Positions 1 through 11,243 of a DNA stretch of 64,000 bases are shown here, one piece after another. The stretch is from IMG/VR virus record IMGVR_UViG_3300042922_000542, positions 1-64,000 of that record; one strand, written 5' to 3'. The notes under the pieces are model-generated. The model worked only from the letters and a program-made list of their open reading frames with translations, ran no database searches and was not told the DNA's origin. Within the stretch, counting starts at the first letter, position 1, and each line of letters begins with the position of its first letter. A program made the translations under genes and the position numbers. The stretch comes from a virus.

Positions 1-515
1 AAATCTTCATATTCAACGTCTTTCTTAACATCAATAAGCTGATTTTCCATATCATCATCTTGATCAGAAATCGGTTCAGGTGGGACATCTAAACCATCAT
101 CAGCATCTTCTTTTAATTTTTCCATAGCTGATTCAAAATGTTCTGCACCAATATTATTTATAGATCTGAGTACAAATTCAAGCAATGGTGCTTTAGTTGA
201 ATCGTATGCAGATTTAAGATACTGCAGACCTGATGTATTTTTATAGCCTATAAAATCATTAATATCTTTTTTCATAGCACCACGATTGCCATCACAATAG
301 CCAGGATCAAATGGTAAAACTTTCATATAGATGTCTAACAAAATGTGTTTTGCACATTCCTCTTTGAATTTCTCAACATCATCACTTATCTGTTGACGGT
401 ATGCGTGGAATTTAGGATGTGCTCTATTTATAGCACCACCATTCATATTATCATGTTTAATATTACCACTTATTGATGGAATATTATCATATGATTCTAT
501 TAGTTTATTATTCAT
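1..515 (-). CDS. hypothetical protein, N-terminal part only (gene runs off the left edge)
   Basis: ATG at 515-513 with AAGGAG (rc of 523-528) 7 nt upstream. Hand translation (MNNKLIESYDNIPSISG...) stays open to position 3. Absent from the ORF track because no stop lies in the window. Confidence 0.6.
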   Translation of the reverse strand, partial: MNNKLIESYDNIPSISGNIKHDNMNGGAINRAHPKFHAYRQQISDDVEKFKEECAKHILLDIYMKVLPFDPGYCDGNRGAMKKDINDFIGYKNTSGLQYLKSAYDSTKAPLLEFVLRSINNIGAEHFESAMEKLKEDADDGLDVPPEPISDQDDDMENQLIDVKKDVEYED

Positions 516-540
516 ATCGTATCTCCTTAATATTTATTTT

Positions 541-3360
541 TTATGATTCTTCTATTAATATTATATCCGCTACATCGACCATAAGGTGTTCAGGAACATA
601 GATAAACAACTCATTTTCTTGAAGATTACTTATATCGTCATACTTTACACGGATGTACTGCTGATTAGCATCATAATCATTTATACCTAAGAATTTTAAA
701 TGATCTACATTAGGATTATTTGATTCAATTAGATTGATCAGATTTGAGATATATACATTTAATAATTTATTATTATTAAGATTCTCAAAATAACTCTTTA
801 TTTGGGTTATTACAGATTGTGCTGTTTGTGTATATGCAGTTCTATCTATTACTGATAATTTGAATCGAATTTTTAGGTGTAGATTATCAAGTAACATATT
901 ACTATCAGGATCTCCAATATAATAACTATTAGATCTTCCATATGTATTAAATAATTTGAAATCTAAATGGGAATTATTATCTAATCGTTCAAATATCATA
1001 GGTTTAACAGCAGCATATTGTTCTGTAAATGCTCGGATGAAATATGACATCTTAGCATCATCTAGTGGAATATCATATTTTATAAAAGGCATTAATGATG
1101 CTCTTAGAGTATAGTTTCCGATTGATCCAGCAAATGATAATGTTGATCTCATCATACTTAGTGGGTTATATAATACAAGCTCACGATAATCATTAGAAAA
1201 TTTATTTGCCATAACATGCTCGCTATAATTCGGATCATCATATAATCCTTTTGTCGAGTTTGTAGGCTCTGATGGTTTAACTAAGACAGCGAAATCGATC
1301 ATACTCTCAGATGAGTCTAATAATACTTGTCCTGTTCTTGGTCCATTTTTTAATAATGATATCGCGTTTATAGTTTTAGCTAAATCTAAAGATAGCAGTC
1401 CATCATCTTTCATATTATCATCAACATTGATGATAGCTTCAAATTCAATCAGACCACCTTCACTAATGGATATTGGATACATTTCAATATATCCTGTTTC
1501 GCCATAACGACGAGTTTTCAATATCATCACTATTCGCAAGTTATTTAATTTATAATCAGGGAAGTCATAAACATTACCACTTACATATTGATATGTCTCT
1601 GAAATCATATCCTGTGGTATGACAGGAGAACATAGTACTCTTATAGTATAACAATTATTAGTACTACTTGACAATGTTCTATCAATTGACATTGTTGAAA
1701 GTTGGAAATGTAAAAATTCCTGATTATTAATATATATTTCCGTTGGCCATGATGTATCATGTATTAAATAATTATACAATATGGATGTTCCTGGTTTTCT
1801 ATTAATTTTAATATAAAATGGATTGACGAACATAAATGGTCGACTATCAGTTATTTGTGGGATAACAGAATCTGTTATAAATGCACTATTACTAGTATCG
1901 ACACCGGTACACATAACCACTGTATCTCTAGATAATTTATCCATTTTTGAATAATCTACTGGTAATGCTGGATCATAATCAATAGATGAAGGGTCATATT
2001 TAGAGTCATAATATGGATTTGATTTGTATTCCCATATATGGCCTGGCTTAATAATAAATTCATTATCATCATTGATAAAATCAAATTCATCATTATTCAC
2101 TTCTATTGATAGTGTGTTAGTTGGATAAATATATGAGTTATCAGTAATAGCAACGAATTGTGAAAATAATTTACCAGATGGGTCATCTCTTCTCTTAAAG
2201 AAATAAGATTTAGTATCATAACGTTTTGCAAAATTGTTGAACCATTCATCCAAATCATGGTCTGTTGCTAATACATTTGCTGTATTATACGCAAGTTTAA
2301 CATCATCTCTTAATAATTCAATATCTTTTTTATCAGATCCCATCGTTGAACCTGAATAACATAATGCAACAATTCTAGTATTAGCATTGTATTCATATTT
2401 TTCAGAACTTTTTTCAACACTGACTTGGGCCTGCGGATTATATAAGTCGAAATTAGCACTTTTACCATGACAGGTATAAATTGTATATTCGATTTTACTA
2501 TTAAAGCTAGGTCTAAAGAAACTTTTTGATGCCGAGAAACTCAATCTGATGATATTGTCATCATAAAAACTATAAAACGCAAAAGGATTTTGTTCTGGAT
2601 CACTATATTGTATTTTAAGTTTCATTGGTAAACGTTCACCAGTAGGAGTAATATAAGTTAAATCTATTCCTGCTATCTGATCAGTCCATGTAATATCTAC
2701 ATCTGAGTTTGTAGTAACAAGGTTGTCTGATAATGTTTCTTGATCTATTTTCCTATCAAATTCTTGTAGTGTAACAAATAGCACAACCCAGCCATTATTA
2801 GTAACTTTACACTTAATATATCTATTTGTAACAATTGATATTGAGTTTGCAATGCTCATATCATACTGAGATTCAAATGTAGGTTTACCATTAATATACC
2901 TATGATTTATTATTATATCATAATCCAAATGGTATATATTATTTCCGATGATAACTTTTGTATCTCGATCTAATTTGTATTGAAATATATCAGTTCCTGG
3001 TAGTTTAGATGAATTTTTTATAACATCTTCTGCCCATAACTGAATTGCGAAATTACATCTACTAGGTGTTGCGAAAGTATAACCTAGATCGAACAAAGCA
3101 GCTTCAGAATATATTGAATTTGGTAAAATTGCTTTCGTTATGAAGTTTTCATTTAACATCAATGAAGATGTGTAATATGAATCTTCTATTGCTTGTGATA
3201 TATATTCGGATACAACTCCGACGAATCCAGCATTTAATTTATTAATCGGAATATTGGGAAATGCTTTTGGGATTAATCCATTTGATATATAGTCTTTAAC
3301 TGAAAAATTATCAGTATAATCCCTAACTATAATTTTTTGATTATTATACGTTTCCAGCAT
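541..3360 (-). CDS. large protein of unknown function (939 aa), possibly virion/baseplate module
   Basis: 954-aa ORF in the track. I prefer Met16 (ATG 3360-3358) because AAAGAAAGG lies upstream and this removes the overlap with the preceding gene. No catalytic motif recognised. The structural role is guessed only from neighbouring tail-fibre-like genes. Confidence 0.7.
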   Translation of the reverse strand: MLETYNNQKIIVRDYTDNFSVKDYISNGLIPKAFPNIPINKLNAGFVGVVSEYISQAIEDSYYTSSLMLNENFITKAILPNSIYSEAALFDLGYTFATPSRCNFAIQLWAEDVIKNSSKLPGTDIFQYKLDRDTKVIIGNNIYHLDYDIIINHRYINGKPTFESQYDMSIANSISIVTNRYIKCKVTNNGWVVLFVTLQEFDRKIDQETLSDNLVTTNSDVDITWTDQIAGIDLTYITPTGERLPMKLKIQYSDPEQNPFAFYSFYDDNIIRLSFSASKSFFRPSFNSKIEYTIYTCHGKSANFDLYNPQAQVSVEKSSEKYEYNANTRIVALCYSGSTMGSDKKDIELLRDDVKLAYNTANVLATDHDLDEWFNNFAKRYDTKSYFFKRRDDPSGKLFSQFVAITDNSYIYPTNTLSIEVNNDEFDFINDDNEFIIKPGHIWEYKSNPYYDSKYDPSSIDYDPALPVDYSKMDKLSRDTVVMCTGVDTSNSAFITDSVIPQITDSRPFMFVNPFYIKINRKPGTSILYNYLIHDTSWPTEIYINNQEFLHFQLSTMSIDRTLSSSTNNCYTIRVLCSPVIPQDMISETYQYVSGNVYDFPDYKLNNLRIVMILKTRRYGETGYIEMYPISISEGGLIEFEAIINVDDNMKDDGLLSLDLAKTINAISLLKNGPRTGQVLLDSSESMIDFAVLVKPSEPTNSTKGLYDDPNYSEHVMANKFSNDYRELVLYNPLSMMRSTLSFAGSIGNYTLRASLMPFIKYDIPLDDAKMSYFIRAFTEQYAAVKPMIFERLDNNSHLDFKLFNTYGRSNSYYIGDPDSNMLLDNLHLKIRFKLSVIDRTAYTQTAQSVITQIKSYFENLNNNKLLNVYISNLINLIESNNPNVDHLKFLGINDYDANQQYIRVKYDDISNLQENELFIYVPEHLMVDVADIILIEES

Positions 3361-3376
3361 TATATCATACCTTTCT

Positions 3377-5290
3377 TTATTTAATTTTATAACCAAATAA
3401 ATCATTATCTTTAAAACCTATTACATCAGGTCTATTCATAAATTGTAAACGAAGCGTTGCTAAATTATAATCTCGCTTATCAATAGCATCCCTTATTAAA
3501 GTAGGATCGCTTAAAGGCATTTTCATTTGAATAAATGGTACGCCTACATATGGTCTAGCACTATGAGCATATTCAGTATTAAACTGAGTTTCATATACAG
3601 TTTTATTAGATTTACGAGATAAACTATCCCACGAACCTGGTAAACCACTACAATTATTAAATTCTAATAATGATATCGGTGACAAATCTCGTTTAAATGA
3701 ATATTTAAATCTGATATCTAATCTAGGTGCATCACCAGGACTATTATTAGAATTCCAACTTAACGCATTTGCTCCGGTATTAACAGGGAACACACCATAA
3801 TATTTTGTCCAATATAATAAGTCTGATCCATCTTCACCAGTTTTAAGTACATATACTGATGCTGCATAATCCAATGTTTTTGTATACACGTGACTATTAT
3901 TTATATTAGGGGTATCCATACTATTTTCATTTAATGAATATGACGGAGACCACGCTCCTCTAGATACATTATCAATGTATATTACCCACAATTTCAATAA
4001 ATTAATTATAGAATAATACTTATCATCTGTAAAACTAACGCTGAATTCTCCAGCAGATCTGCCAGTATACGTATTTCCATACTGCATGCTATATTCATTC
4101 CATGATTTTCCTGCAGTATTAGTACCAATCGTTTCATCTTCAATTTGAAAAGATGATGCCGCATTAGACAATAACATATTAAAATTATTACTATCATTGC
4201 AATGACGTTTATCTACTAATAATTTAAATAGTGCAGGATTTCGCATCCACAACATTGCAGATTCTGTATGATTTAAACATTGAGCTGCTGCATTTAAACC
4301 TTGTCCTCGTCTTTCGAGAATATTCAAATCGGGACGTGTAAAAAATACGTGTGTAAATGATTTATTATGAGCTAAATTCGGATCAGGTGTTTTAAATCTA
4401 TTATATAAAAAATATCTCATATATTTTGCAATAGCGTTATCACCATGTACCGGAATACCCAATGCTGCTCTAAGTTCAGTCATACTCTCTTCCAATGTTC
4501 TTGTTTTTTTATTAGCACCCAATGATGTAGGACCAGTTTCTATTCTATAGTCATATGATGCAGGTATATAATCTTTATAATTTGCCGAACTGATTTTATT
4601 TGGAAAAGCTTGATTATTTTGTATAACATTTTTATTATCATTTAACATTTCAGCTAATTTTGATTTATCTGATGCAGCTGTAGGAGTTTCTAATCGCATT
4701 ATACTATTATCTAATTTAATTTTGGTAGCGCCACTATCAGATAAATTTACATCATATTGTATTTTTTTAAACTTAACTGGAGCAATTTTATTATCCATTG
4801 ATGTTTCAGCGATCAATGTATTTAATGCCAACTCATTTTTTAATGAACCAGTTTGATGAATTTGGGTAGTCGTAGTCTGTTTTGTGTTAGCAGGCGGTTT
4901 CCAAGACAAGGCATGTTCGGTAGTTGTAAATAATCCTTGGACTTGAGGCGCCTTTGATAATACAGTAACAGCTTCTTTCTCTACCTTAGATTTACCTATA
5001 GCTGGTATAGGTTTTGGTTCTGTAATAATAACCATTTCAGGATGAATTATATTGTTAGCGATACCATCGGGCTCTACTTGCCAAACAACAACATTTTTAC
5101 CACCACTCTCAGTATATACGCGAACCTTAGTCTTTCCATAGAAATTTGATACAGATTCGACTGTTCCCCATAGTGCGCCACCTTCAATGTATTTAGACAC
5201 ATGTGTTGCAATTTTGTTATTTGTTATATCTTTGGCTCCAATTTTAATTTGTACTTTGTCACCGGGATGTATATCTTTTACATTCGCCAT
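3377..5290 (-). CDS. hypothetical protein (637 aa), possibly virion module
   Basis: Long ORF with AAAGGAGG upstream of the ATG at 5290. No motif recognised. Confidence 0.75.
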   Translation of the reverse strand: MANVKDIHPGDKVQIKIGAKDITNNKIATHVSKYIEGGALWGTVESVSNFYGKTKVRVYTESGGKNVVVWQVEPDGIANNIIHPEMVIITEPKPIPAIGKSKVEKEAVTVLSKAPQVQGLFTTTEHALSWKPPANTKQTTTTQIHQTGSLKNELALNTLIAETSMDNKIAPVKFKKIQYDVNLSDSGATKIKLDNSIMRLETPTAASDKSKLAEMLNDNKNVIQNNQAFPNKISSANYKDYIPASYDYRIETGPTSLGANKKTRTLEESMTELRAALGIPVHGDNAIAKYMRYFLYNRFKTPDPNLAHNKSFTHVFFTRPDLNILERRGQGLNAAAQCLNHTESAMLWMRNPALFKLLVDKRHCNDSNNFNMLLSNAASSFQIEDETIGTNTAGKSWNEYSMQYGNTYTGRSAGEFSVSFTDDKYYSIINLLKLWVIYIDNVSRGAWSPSYSLNENSMDTPNINNSHVYTKTLDYAASVYVLKTGEDGSDLLYWTKYYGVFPVNTGANALSWNSNNSPGDAPRLDIRFKYSFKRDLSPISLLEFNNCSGLPGSWDSLSRKSNKTVYETQFNTEYAHSARPYVGVPFIQMKMPLSDPTLIRDAIDKRDYNLATLRLQFMNRPDVIGFKDNDLFGYKIK

Positions 5291-5360
5291 TAAAGGAACC
5301 TCCTTTATAAATATACTTTAATAAATACTTAAAAATTAGTAAAAGGGAGATGCAATAGTT

Positions 5361-8300
5361 ATGGGCAAACAAATAGCCAAAAAAATTATACAATCTAGAA
5401 CATATATGGATCCAGATCAACGACCAATACCTGATCATGACTACTATCTTACGTATCCAATAACTACATTTGATGGTGTTAAGAAAAATGATAATGATGA
5501 TTCATCAAATTTAACTGATGAATTCGAACTCATTGATCAAAAATTAGCATTAAAACAGAATCAAATTCCAGCAAATAATTCAGGTCATATTGTAACATAT
5601 ACTAATGAACCTGGGGTAATTGGCACTAGGCCTGTTGTATCAAGTATTAACTTGGATCCTGCATTAAGAAATAATATTAATATTCCAACTGAAGCTGCAG
5701 TTGGTGCATTGAGTGATAGTAAAGTAAATAATAGAGATTTTAATACTCACGTGTCAGATGAAATTATTCATACATCCGAATATGAAAAAACGAATTGGAA
5801 TAATATGACACCCATTGGTGACTTCAATATACATACACATGATAAAGATATTCATATCACACCAAATGAACGTGCATCATGGAATGCCAAGGCGAATCAA
5901 AGTGATTTGAACTTGCACATCAATAATATCAACAATCCACATAGCGTTACCGCAGCCCAGATCAATACTTATACGAAACCTGAAATTGATACTAAGTTAT
6001 TATCAATACAAACTAAGTTCTTCAACTATTTGAATATAATATGGGATCAAAAACTTGGTATCGCCAAATTAGTTGAATATGATGCTATTAATTGGGATCC
6101 AAATTATATCTTAGGTTATAACGAAAGATTACCAGATATTGGAGATCCAACTGGTGTGTATTTTGCGCTAGCTCCTGCTACAAATTATCTCAACAATCAA
6201 ACAAATGATGTTATTATTTATATTAAAAAACCATCTATGGTATGGGTTGAGATAGGTCGTCAAACATTAGATCCTGGTGATCTAGTTGTAAGATATCCCG
6301 ATACGGCAATGTTTGTATGGATGGGAGGACGATTTGTAGAACTTATAACACGAAATAGCGATAGTCCTGATGATCCTGGTGGTGGCCTTAATGAACCTAT
6401 GCCGCCGTATACTGTAAAAGCTAATAATACAAACATTACGACTACACCACAAGATGTAAAATATGATGATATTTTGAGTAAATTAATTAGTATGATGAAT
6501 CCACAAGATATGGCGGATTTAATAAAACCACATCTAGATATTAAGGCTAGTGGTGACAAAGATATTTTAGGCAAAAGATGGATTAAGAGTAATTTTGATA
6601 GTGATGCAAATAGTGATAACGTCAAAGAGGCTATCAAAACGTATTATTTCAATGGAATATGGTTATTATACAATCACCATAAAGGTATATATTATTCCAC
6701 TGGTGGAAAATACTGGATGCCGACTAATGTAACTGATGCTAGTATCGTTTACTATTATGAAGAAAATGGATTATTATATGCCCTTTCAGTATTGATGAGC
6801 GACATGTTCGATATATCATTATCTTTATATTATTCAACTGATGGTATAAATTGGAGTGAATATAAACAGAATGGTGGGTACAATCTAATGTATCAAAATG
6901 GAATATGGCTATCTGGTGCTAGATCTTATATGCGTGAAGCACAAGAAGGTCATGCTATAACTGATCAATATAGTGGATTTGGGATACGCTATTCAGAAGA
7001 CGGTATAAATTGGATAAATAGTAATATTGCATCTGGAATTTTACAAAAATGCTATTACTATAATAATGTATGGATCGCAATCATGGAATACGTTGGTTCA
7101 AGTGGTCAGAGTCTTATGTTCCAAGTATATTATTCACGAGATGGTAAATTTTGGAGCAGCGGAATCAACATACCATCATCGGATTATGAAATAAGTATTG
7201 ATGTCAAAGATAATGTTTTATTCATTTTCAATATAAGTGACACTACCTATTATTCGTCCGATGGTATACAATGGCATAATACTAATCATGATTTTGGAAA
7301 GTGTATATGTACAGATGATGTATGGGTTGCATCTATAAGTTATGAAGGTTTATATTATTCAATTGATGCAGGAGTATCATGGAATAGTACAATTAATACT
7401 GATATACAAGATTTAGATTATAATAATAATATGTGGATTGTAGCCACAAATAAGAATATCTATTATTCTACAGATGGAATTAATTGGACTATAACAAACG
7501 CATCTCCAGGCAGTGAAACTTATAATTATTTCGACGATATTTATTATGGTAATGGCACATGGATAGTTCGAGGTTATAAGAAACTGTGTTATTCAACTGA
7601 TGGTGTAACTTGGAATGATTCCACAGCAATTTATAATGCGACTAGTTCTTTAGATATGATTGAATGTTATGGTGAATTATGGCTTGCTAATACTTCTACC
7701 GGATTTTACTATTCTACAAATGGCATCAACTGGACAACAATCGGTATAACACCATCTATGTTTTCTACTATCTATTATGAAAATAATATGTGGCTGTTAT
7801 TCGATAATGATAACAATGTAATATATTATTCAACCGATGGTATATTGTGGTCGCTATGTAGTATACCTGAAGGTATACTTCAATATGGTATTTATCATAA
7901 AAATAATATGTGGTTTGTAATTATTATGGATGACGATGGATCAGATTTAATGCATTTATGCCAATCTACTGATGGTATAACATGGACACTAACTAACATT
8001 TCTGCCAATTATATAAATATTAAATATGTTATTGATAAATGGATTGTGACCACGTATAATGAAATCGGATTAGTGTCATACTATTCTCTTGATGGCATAA
8101 CTTGGAATAATGGACCTACTACAAATTTCAATTATTCATCATATTACCCAGCAAATGGAATGGTTGTATCATGGGATAACACGGGTATAAAATATTCTAT
8201 AGATGGAGAAATATTTCATCCAACAAATATTACAGATCCAATTAAAATGTGTTGGAATGAAGGTGGAGTATGGTTTGCAACAAAGATTCAAATTTCAGAA

Positions 8301-9107
8301 AATGGTAACATTATTTCGGTTGCATCATATTATTCGATAGATGGTATATTATGGCAAATGATGGATATTCTTATAGCACCTAGTTATGTTATGAATATGG
8401 GTGACGTTGCCGAATATTATAATGATGGCAAATGGATAAAGGTGAACGCATTACCGATAATGGGCGGAGGTTCTGATCCTGAATATCAATATTATCATTC
8501 CACAAATGGAATCGATTGGGATTATATTAATTTATTCGATATTCCTTATAATTATTTTAAATATATTTATTATGCGAATAACTTATGGGTCGCAAATATA
8601 TATATACTCAATGATAGTCAGGACGGATGGTATGGATGCACATGTTATTCAGAAGATGGTATAAATTGGGTAAAAAGTAATATGGGGGTTAATACAAGTT
8701 ATATGATACAGGATGAAATACAATGTTGTTACTATGCAAATAATATATGGGTAGCAGCTGGTATGATGGGAATATATTATTCTTATGATGGGAAAACGTG
8801 GCAACAAACTGCCAGAGATAACAACTCAATTTGGAACTTTCATATATGCTATTATATTGAAGATAGTCATACATGGATATGTAATGGTCGTTGGAACGAT
8901 GGTAATGCTACTCATGTTAATCGAGATACAGAATTGTTTTATTCGCATGATGGTAAAACTTGGCATTATGTTAACGAAATACCATTTGACAAAATAGATC
9001 GTATCGTATCATATGATGCTCATGATGGAGTTATCGTAGCAGGTGGAGTTAAAACTGTATTCTTTTCATCAGGTAATGAATTAAATTATCGACCAAAACT
9101 AGAATAA
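5361..9107 (+). CDS. tail fibre / receptor-binding protein with C-terminal multi-blade Asp-box (BNR-like) repeat region
   Basis: RBS AAAGGGAG. The N-terminal third has tail-fibre-type His motifs (IHTSEYEKTNWN, IHITPNERASWN, NNPHSVTAAQI). The NNPHxVT motif is shared with ORF 21310-23634. The C-terminal two thirds carry about 18 copies of Y-Y-S-x-D-G-x-x-W. Confidence 0.75.
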   Translation: MGKQIAKKIIQSRTYMDPDQRPIPDHDYYLTYPITTFDGVKKNDNDDSSNLTDEFELIDQKLALKQNQIPANNSGHIVTYTNEPGVIGTRPVVSSINLDPALRNNINIPTEAAVGALSDSKVNNRDFNTHVSDEIIHTSEYEKTNWNNMTPIGDFNIHTHDKDIHITPNERASWNAKANQSDLNLHINNINNPHSVTAAQINTYTKPEIDTKLLSIQTKFFNYLNIIWDQKLGIAKLVEYDAINWDPNYILGYNERLPDIGDPTGVYFALAPATNYLNNQTNDVIIYIKKPSMVWVEIGRQTLDPGDLVVRYPDTAMFVWMGGRFVELITRNSDSPDDPGGGLNEPMPPYTVKANNTNITTTPQDVKYDDILSKLISMMNPQDMADLIKPHLDIKASGDKDILGKRWIKSNFDSDANSDNVKEAIKTYYFNGIWLLYNHHKGIYYSTGGKYWMPTNVTDASIVYYYEENGLLYALSVLMSDMFDISLSLYYSTDGINWSEYKQNGGYNLMYQNGIWLSGARSYMREAQEGHAITDQYSGFGIRYSEDGINWINSNIASGILQKCYYYNNVWIAIMEYVGSSGQSLMFQVYYSRDGKFWSSGINIPSSDYEISIDVKDNVLFIFNISDTTYYSSDGIQWHNTNHDFGKCICTDDVWVASISYEGLYYSIDAGVSWNSTINTDIQDLDYNNNMWIVATNKNIYYSTDGINWTITNASPGSETYNYFDDIYYGNGTWIVRGYKKLCYSTDGVTWNDSTAIYNATSSLDMIECYGELWLANTSTGFYYSTNGINWTTIGITPSMFSTIYYENNMWLLFDNDNNVIYYSTDGILWSLCSIPEGILQYGIYHKNNMWFVIIMDDDGSDLMHLCQSTDGITWTLTNISANYINIKYVIDKWIVTTYNEIGLVSYYSLDGITWNNGPTTNFNYSSYYPANGMVVSWDNTGIKYSIDGEIFHPTNITDPIKMCWNEGGVWFATKIQISENGNIISVASYYSIDGILWQMMDILIAPSYVMNMGDVAEYYNDGKWIKVNALPIMGGGSDPEYQYYHSTNGIDWDYINLFDIPYNYFKYIYYANNLWVANIYILNDSQDGWYGCTCYSEDGINWVKSNMGVNTSYMIQDEIQCCYYANNIWVAAGMMGIYYSYDGKTWQQTARDNNSIWNFHICYYIEDSHTWICNGRWNDGNATHVNRDTELFYSHDGKTWHYVNEIPFDKIDRIVSYDAHDGVIVAGGVKTVFFSSGNELNYRPKLE
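6642..9107 (+). repeat. about 18 tandem protein-level repeats of about 45 aa (YYSxDGxxW plus N-x-x-W-hydrophobic), beta-propeller-like
   Basis: Hand count of motifs such as YYSTDGINWS, YYSRDGKFWS, YYSSDGIQWH, CYSTDGVTWN, YYSLDGITWN, FYSHDGKTWH, each followed about 20 aa later by NxxW(I/V/L)A. They resemble the SxDxGxxW Asp-box of BNR/sialidase-type propellers. Confidence 0.7.
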
Positions 9108-9120
9108 ACTAATTAATATT

Positions 9121-9148
9121 ATAGATAGATCCAAATGGATCTATCTAT
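9121..9148 (+). terminator. rho-independent terminator-like hairpin
   Basis: atagatagatcc-aaat-ggatctatctat, a 12-bp perfect stem followed by aatattttta, just after the stop at 9107. Confidence 0.7.
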
Positions 9149-9219
9149 AATATTTTTATGTTTGTATATTATAACATAACATTATATGAAGCAATATTAT
9201 ATAAGGCGGTATTATAGAT

Positions 9220-10104
9220 ATGGATCGTAAATTAATTTTAGGAATAGATTATAATAATATAATGTTTGCAAGTTATTATAGTCCAGAAAAGATTAATAGT
9301 AAATTAATTAACACAAATGCAATTAATGGATTCTTCTTTAAATTAAAAAAACTGAAGGAATATGTTAATCCTGATTATATTGTAATATGTAATGATTTAG
9401 GACGGGAAAAAACATTCAGGAGAAAGATTTACCCAGGGTATAAAGCTAATAGGCAATCAACACCTTCATCGATAGGTGAACAATTTGCATATGGTTTACA
9501 GATTGCCCAGGCATTAGGATATCCAATTATAAATGATGATAATTATGAAGCAGATGATACACTAGGTATGATATCAAGATATGCTATAGATAATAATATG
9601 GATATGATTATAGCATCATCAGATAGAGACTATTTTCAATTAGTTACTGATGAAATTAATATATTTAATATGAAACATCAGGAATTAATCGATATTGAAT
9701 GGATTCAAAATAAATACGGACTAACACCCGATCAATTGATAGATTTAAAGGCACTAATTGGTGATAAATCGGACAATATCCCAGGGGCTAGAGGGATAGG
9801 TGAATATACAGGCCTAGAATTATTACAGACATGGGGTTCGATTGAAAAAATATATAAGAATTTAGAATGCATTAAACCCGCATTACGAAATAGACTTGAA
9901 CTTGATAAGAAGAATGTCGATATGAGTAAATTTTTAGGCACTATTATTACAGACTATAGTTTGATCGATATAAATATGAATAAGATTGAGCGTCAGCCAC
10001 AAGATACTAATCAACTACGAGATGTTATAAACTATTTAGAACTATATCAATTACATGATATTATGAAATATACATTGTTACACGATAAACTGATAACAGA
10101 ATAA
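9220..10104 (+). CDS. 5'-3' exonuclease / flap endonuclease (Pol I N-terminal domain family, PIN plus H3TH)
   Basis: Motifs FRRKIYPGYKANR, YEADDTLG and the H3TH signature GDKSDNIPGARGIGEYTGLELL. Confidence 0.9.
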   Translation: MDRKLILGIDYNNIMFASYYSPEKINSKLINTNAINGFFFKLKKLKEYVNPDYIVICNDLGREKTFRRKIYPGYKANRQSTPSSIGEQFAYGLQIAQALGYPIINDDNYEADDTLGMISRYAIDNNMDMIIASSDRDYFQLVTDEINIFNMKHQELIDIEWIQNKYGLTPDQLIDLKALIGDKSDNIPGARGIGEYTGLELLQTWGSIEKIYKNLECIKPALRNRLELDKKNVDMSKFLGTIITDYSLIDINMNKIERQPQDTNQLRDVINYLELYQLHDIMKYTLLHDKLITE

Positions 10105-10190
10105 TGTAATTTAGGTACCAATTCAAACATATCTGTTAATACATAAAATTTATAAATGTTAAAAAATATAAAATTGAGGAGATAGATAAT

Positions 10191-11180
10191 ATGGCTATAA
10201 TCGGATATACTGAAAACACTGACTTGACTTCTTTCAATGAATCAACTCTTTCAAAGAGTGAAACATTTAAATTATTTCAAGCCATCGGCGACCCAATAGA
10301 AAAAGCAAAAAACCTCATCAAAAATGCACGGGTTTTAACAAATGAAGATATTGAAACAGCGTATATTCAAGTTAAACAATATTCAAATTCATTAAGTAGA
10401 TCTGCTGTTAAAGCATACGATACCGGTTCCGTAGTTCTTTTATACACCGAGTTACCGTCACTTAGAATGAGTCAAGCATTTCCATTTATTACATTTAGGC
10501 ATAAAGATAAATATATCACATATATATTTATCGATAAATATATATCTAAAAGAAAAGATGGTGGATTGGATTTAAGCCCTGCGGTGTTACATGATTTATT
10601 AATAGGCGGAGTTATCGCCAATAAATTAAAAACTAATTATGATTCATTAGCAAGTAATCAATACCTACAAAAAATGTTAATGGAAATTTACACAAAATTC
10701 GTTACCCGTATTATTAATAAAGAATATGGAATCGGTGCAGATAAACAAATATCTGATTCAGCGCAATATTTTATAAATAGATTTTTCCTGGAAAAGATAT
10801 TTGAAACTAATGATGTGCCAGAAAACATTGAACGTCTTAGTATAAATAAATTAAAATATTTAGATGAAATGCTCATAAATGAAATAAAAATTAAATATGA
10901 AACTGCAAACCCATCATCATTTAGTGAATTATTGGAATTAGTTAAATCATTAAGTGTGAGGATGAATTCATTAACATTAAAATTATTTACAGATAAATGG
11001 ATTAATTATTATTACGCACCTGCAACATTAGCAATTGACAACATGGAATATTTAATATTCATGATAATTGCATTACTGCATGGAAATAATACGATTATAT
11101 CAATTAAAGCATCTGAAATAGTTAAGGAAACAAAAGGTATTAAAATGTTACAAGAAGAAATGCTGAAATTAATAAATTAA
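10191..11180 (+). CDS. hypothetical protein (329 aa)
   Basis: RBS GAGGAG 8 nt upstream. Long ORF with no recognised motif. Confidence 0.75.
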   Translation: MAIIGYTENTDLTSFNESTLSKSETFKLFQAIGDPIEKAKNLIKNARVLTNEDIETAYIQVKQYSNSLSRSAVKAYDTGSVVLLYTELPSLRMSQAFPFITFRHKDKYITYIFIDKYISKRKDGGLDLSPAVLHDLLIGGVIANKLKTNYDSLASNQYLQKMLMEIYTKFVTRIINKEYGIGADKQISDSAQYFINRFFLEKIFETNDVPENIERLSINKLKYLDEMLINEIKIKYETANPSSFSELLELVKSLSVRMNSLTLKLFTDKWINYYYAPATLAIDNMEYLIFMIIALLHGNNTIISIKASEIVKETKGIKMLQEEMLKLIN

Positions 11181-11243
11181 ATTTATATACTTATAGGAAC
11201 TATTAGATTAATTCAATAATAATATAAAAGGAGTGTTCAAACT

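Noticed and set aside
4006-6637. Short antisense or alternate-frame ORFs inside large genes (such as 4006-4197 and 6260-6637; similarly 8689-8997, 38148-39155, 40556-41312, 58075-58419 and 60721-62718)
   Set aside because: They are fully nested in much longer ORFs that have RBSs. Their translations are low-complexity, as expected for AT-rich antisense frames, and they have no RBSs.
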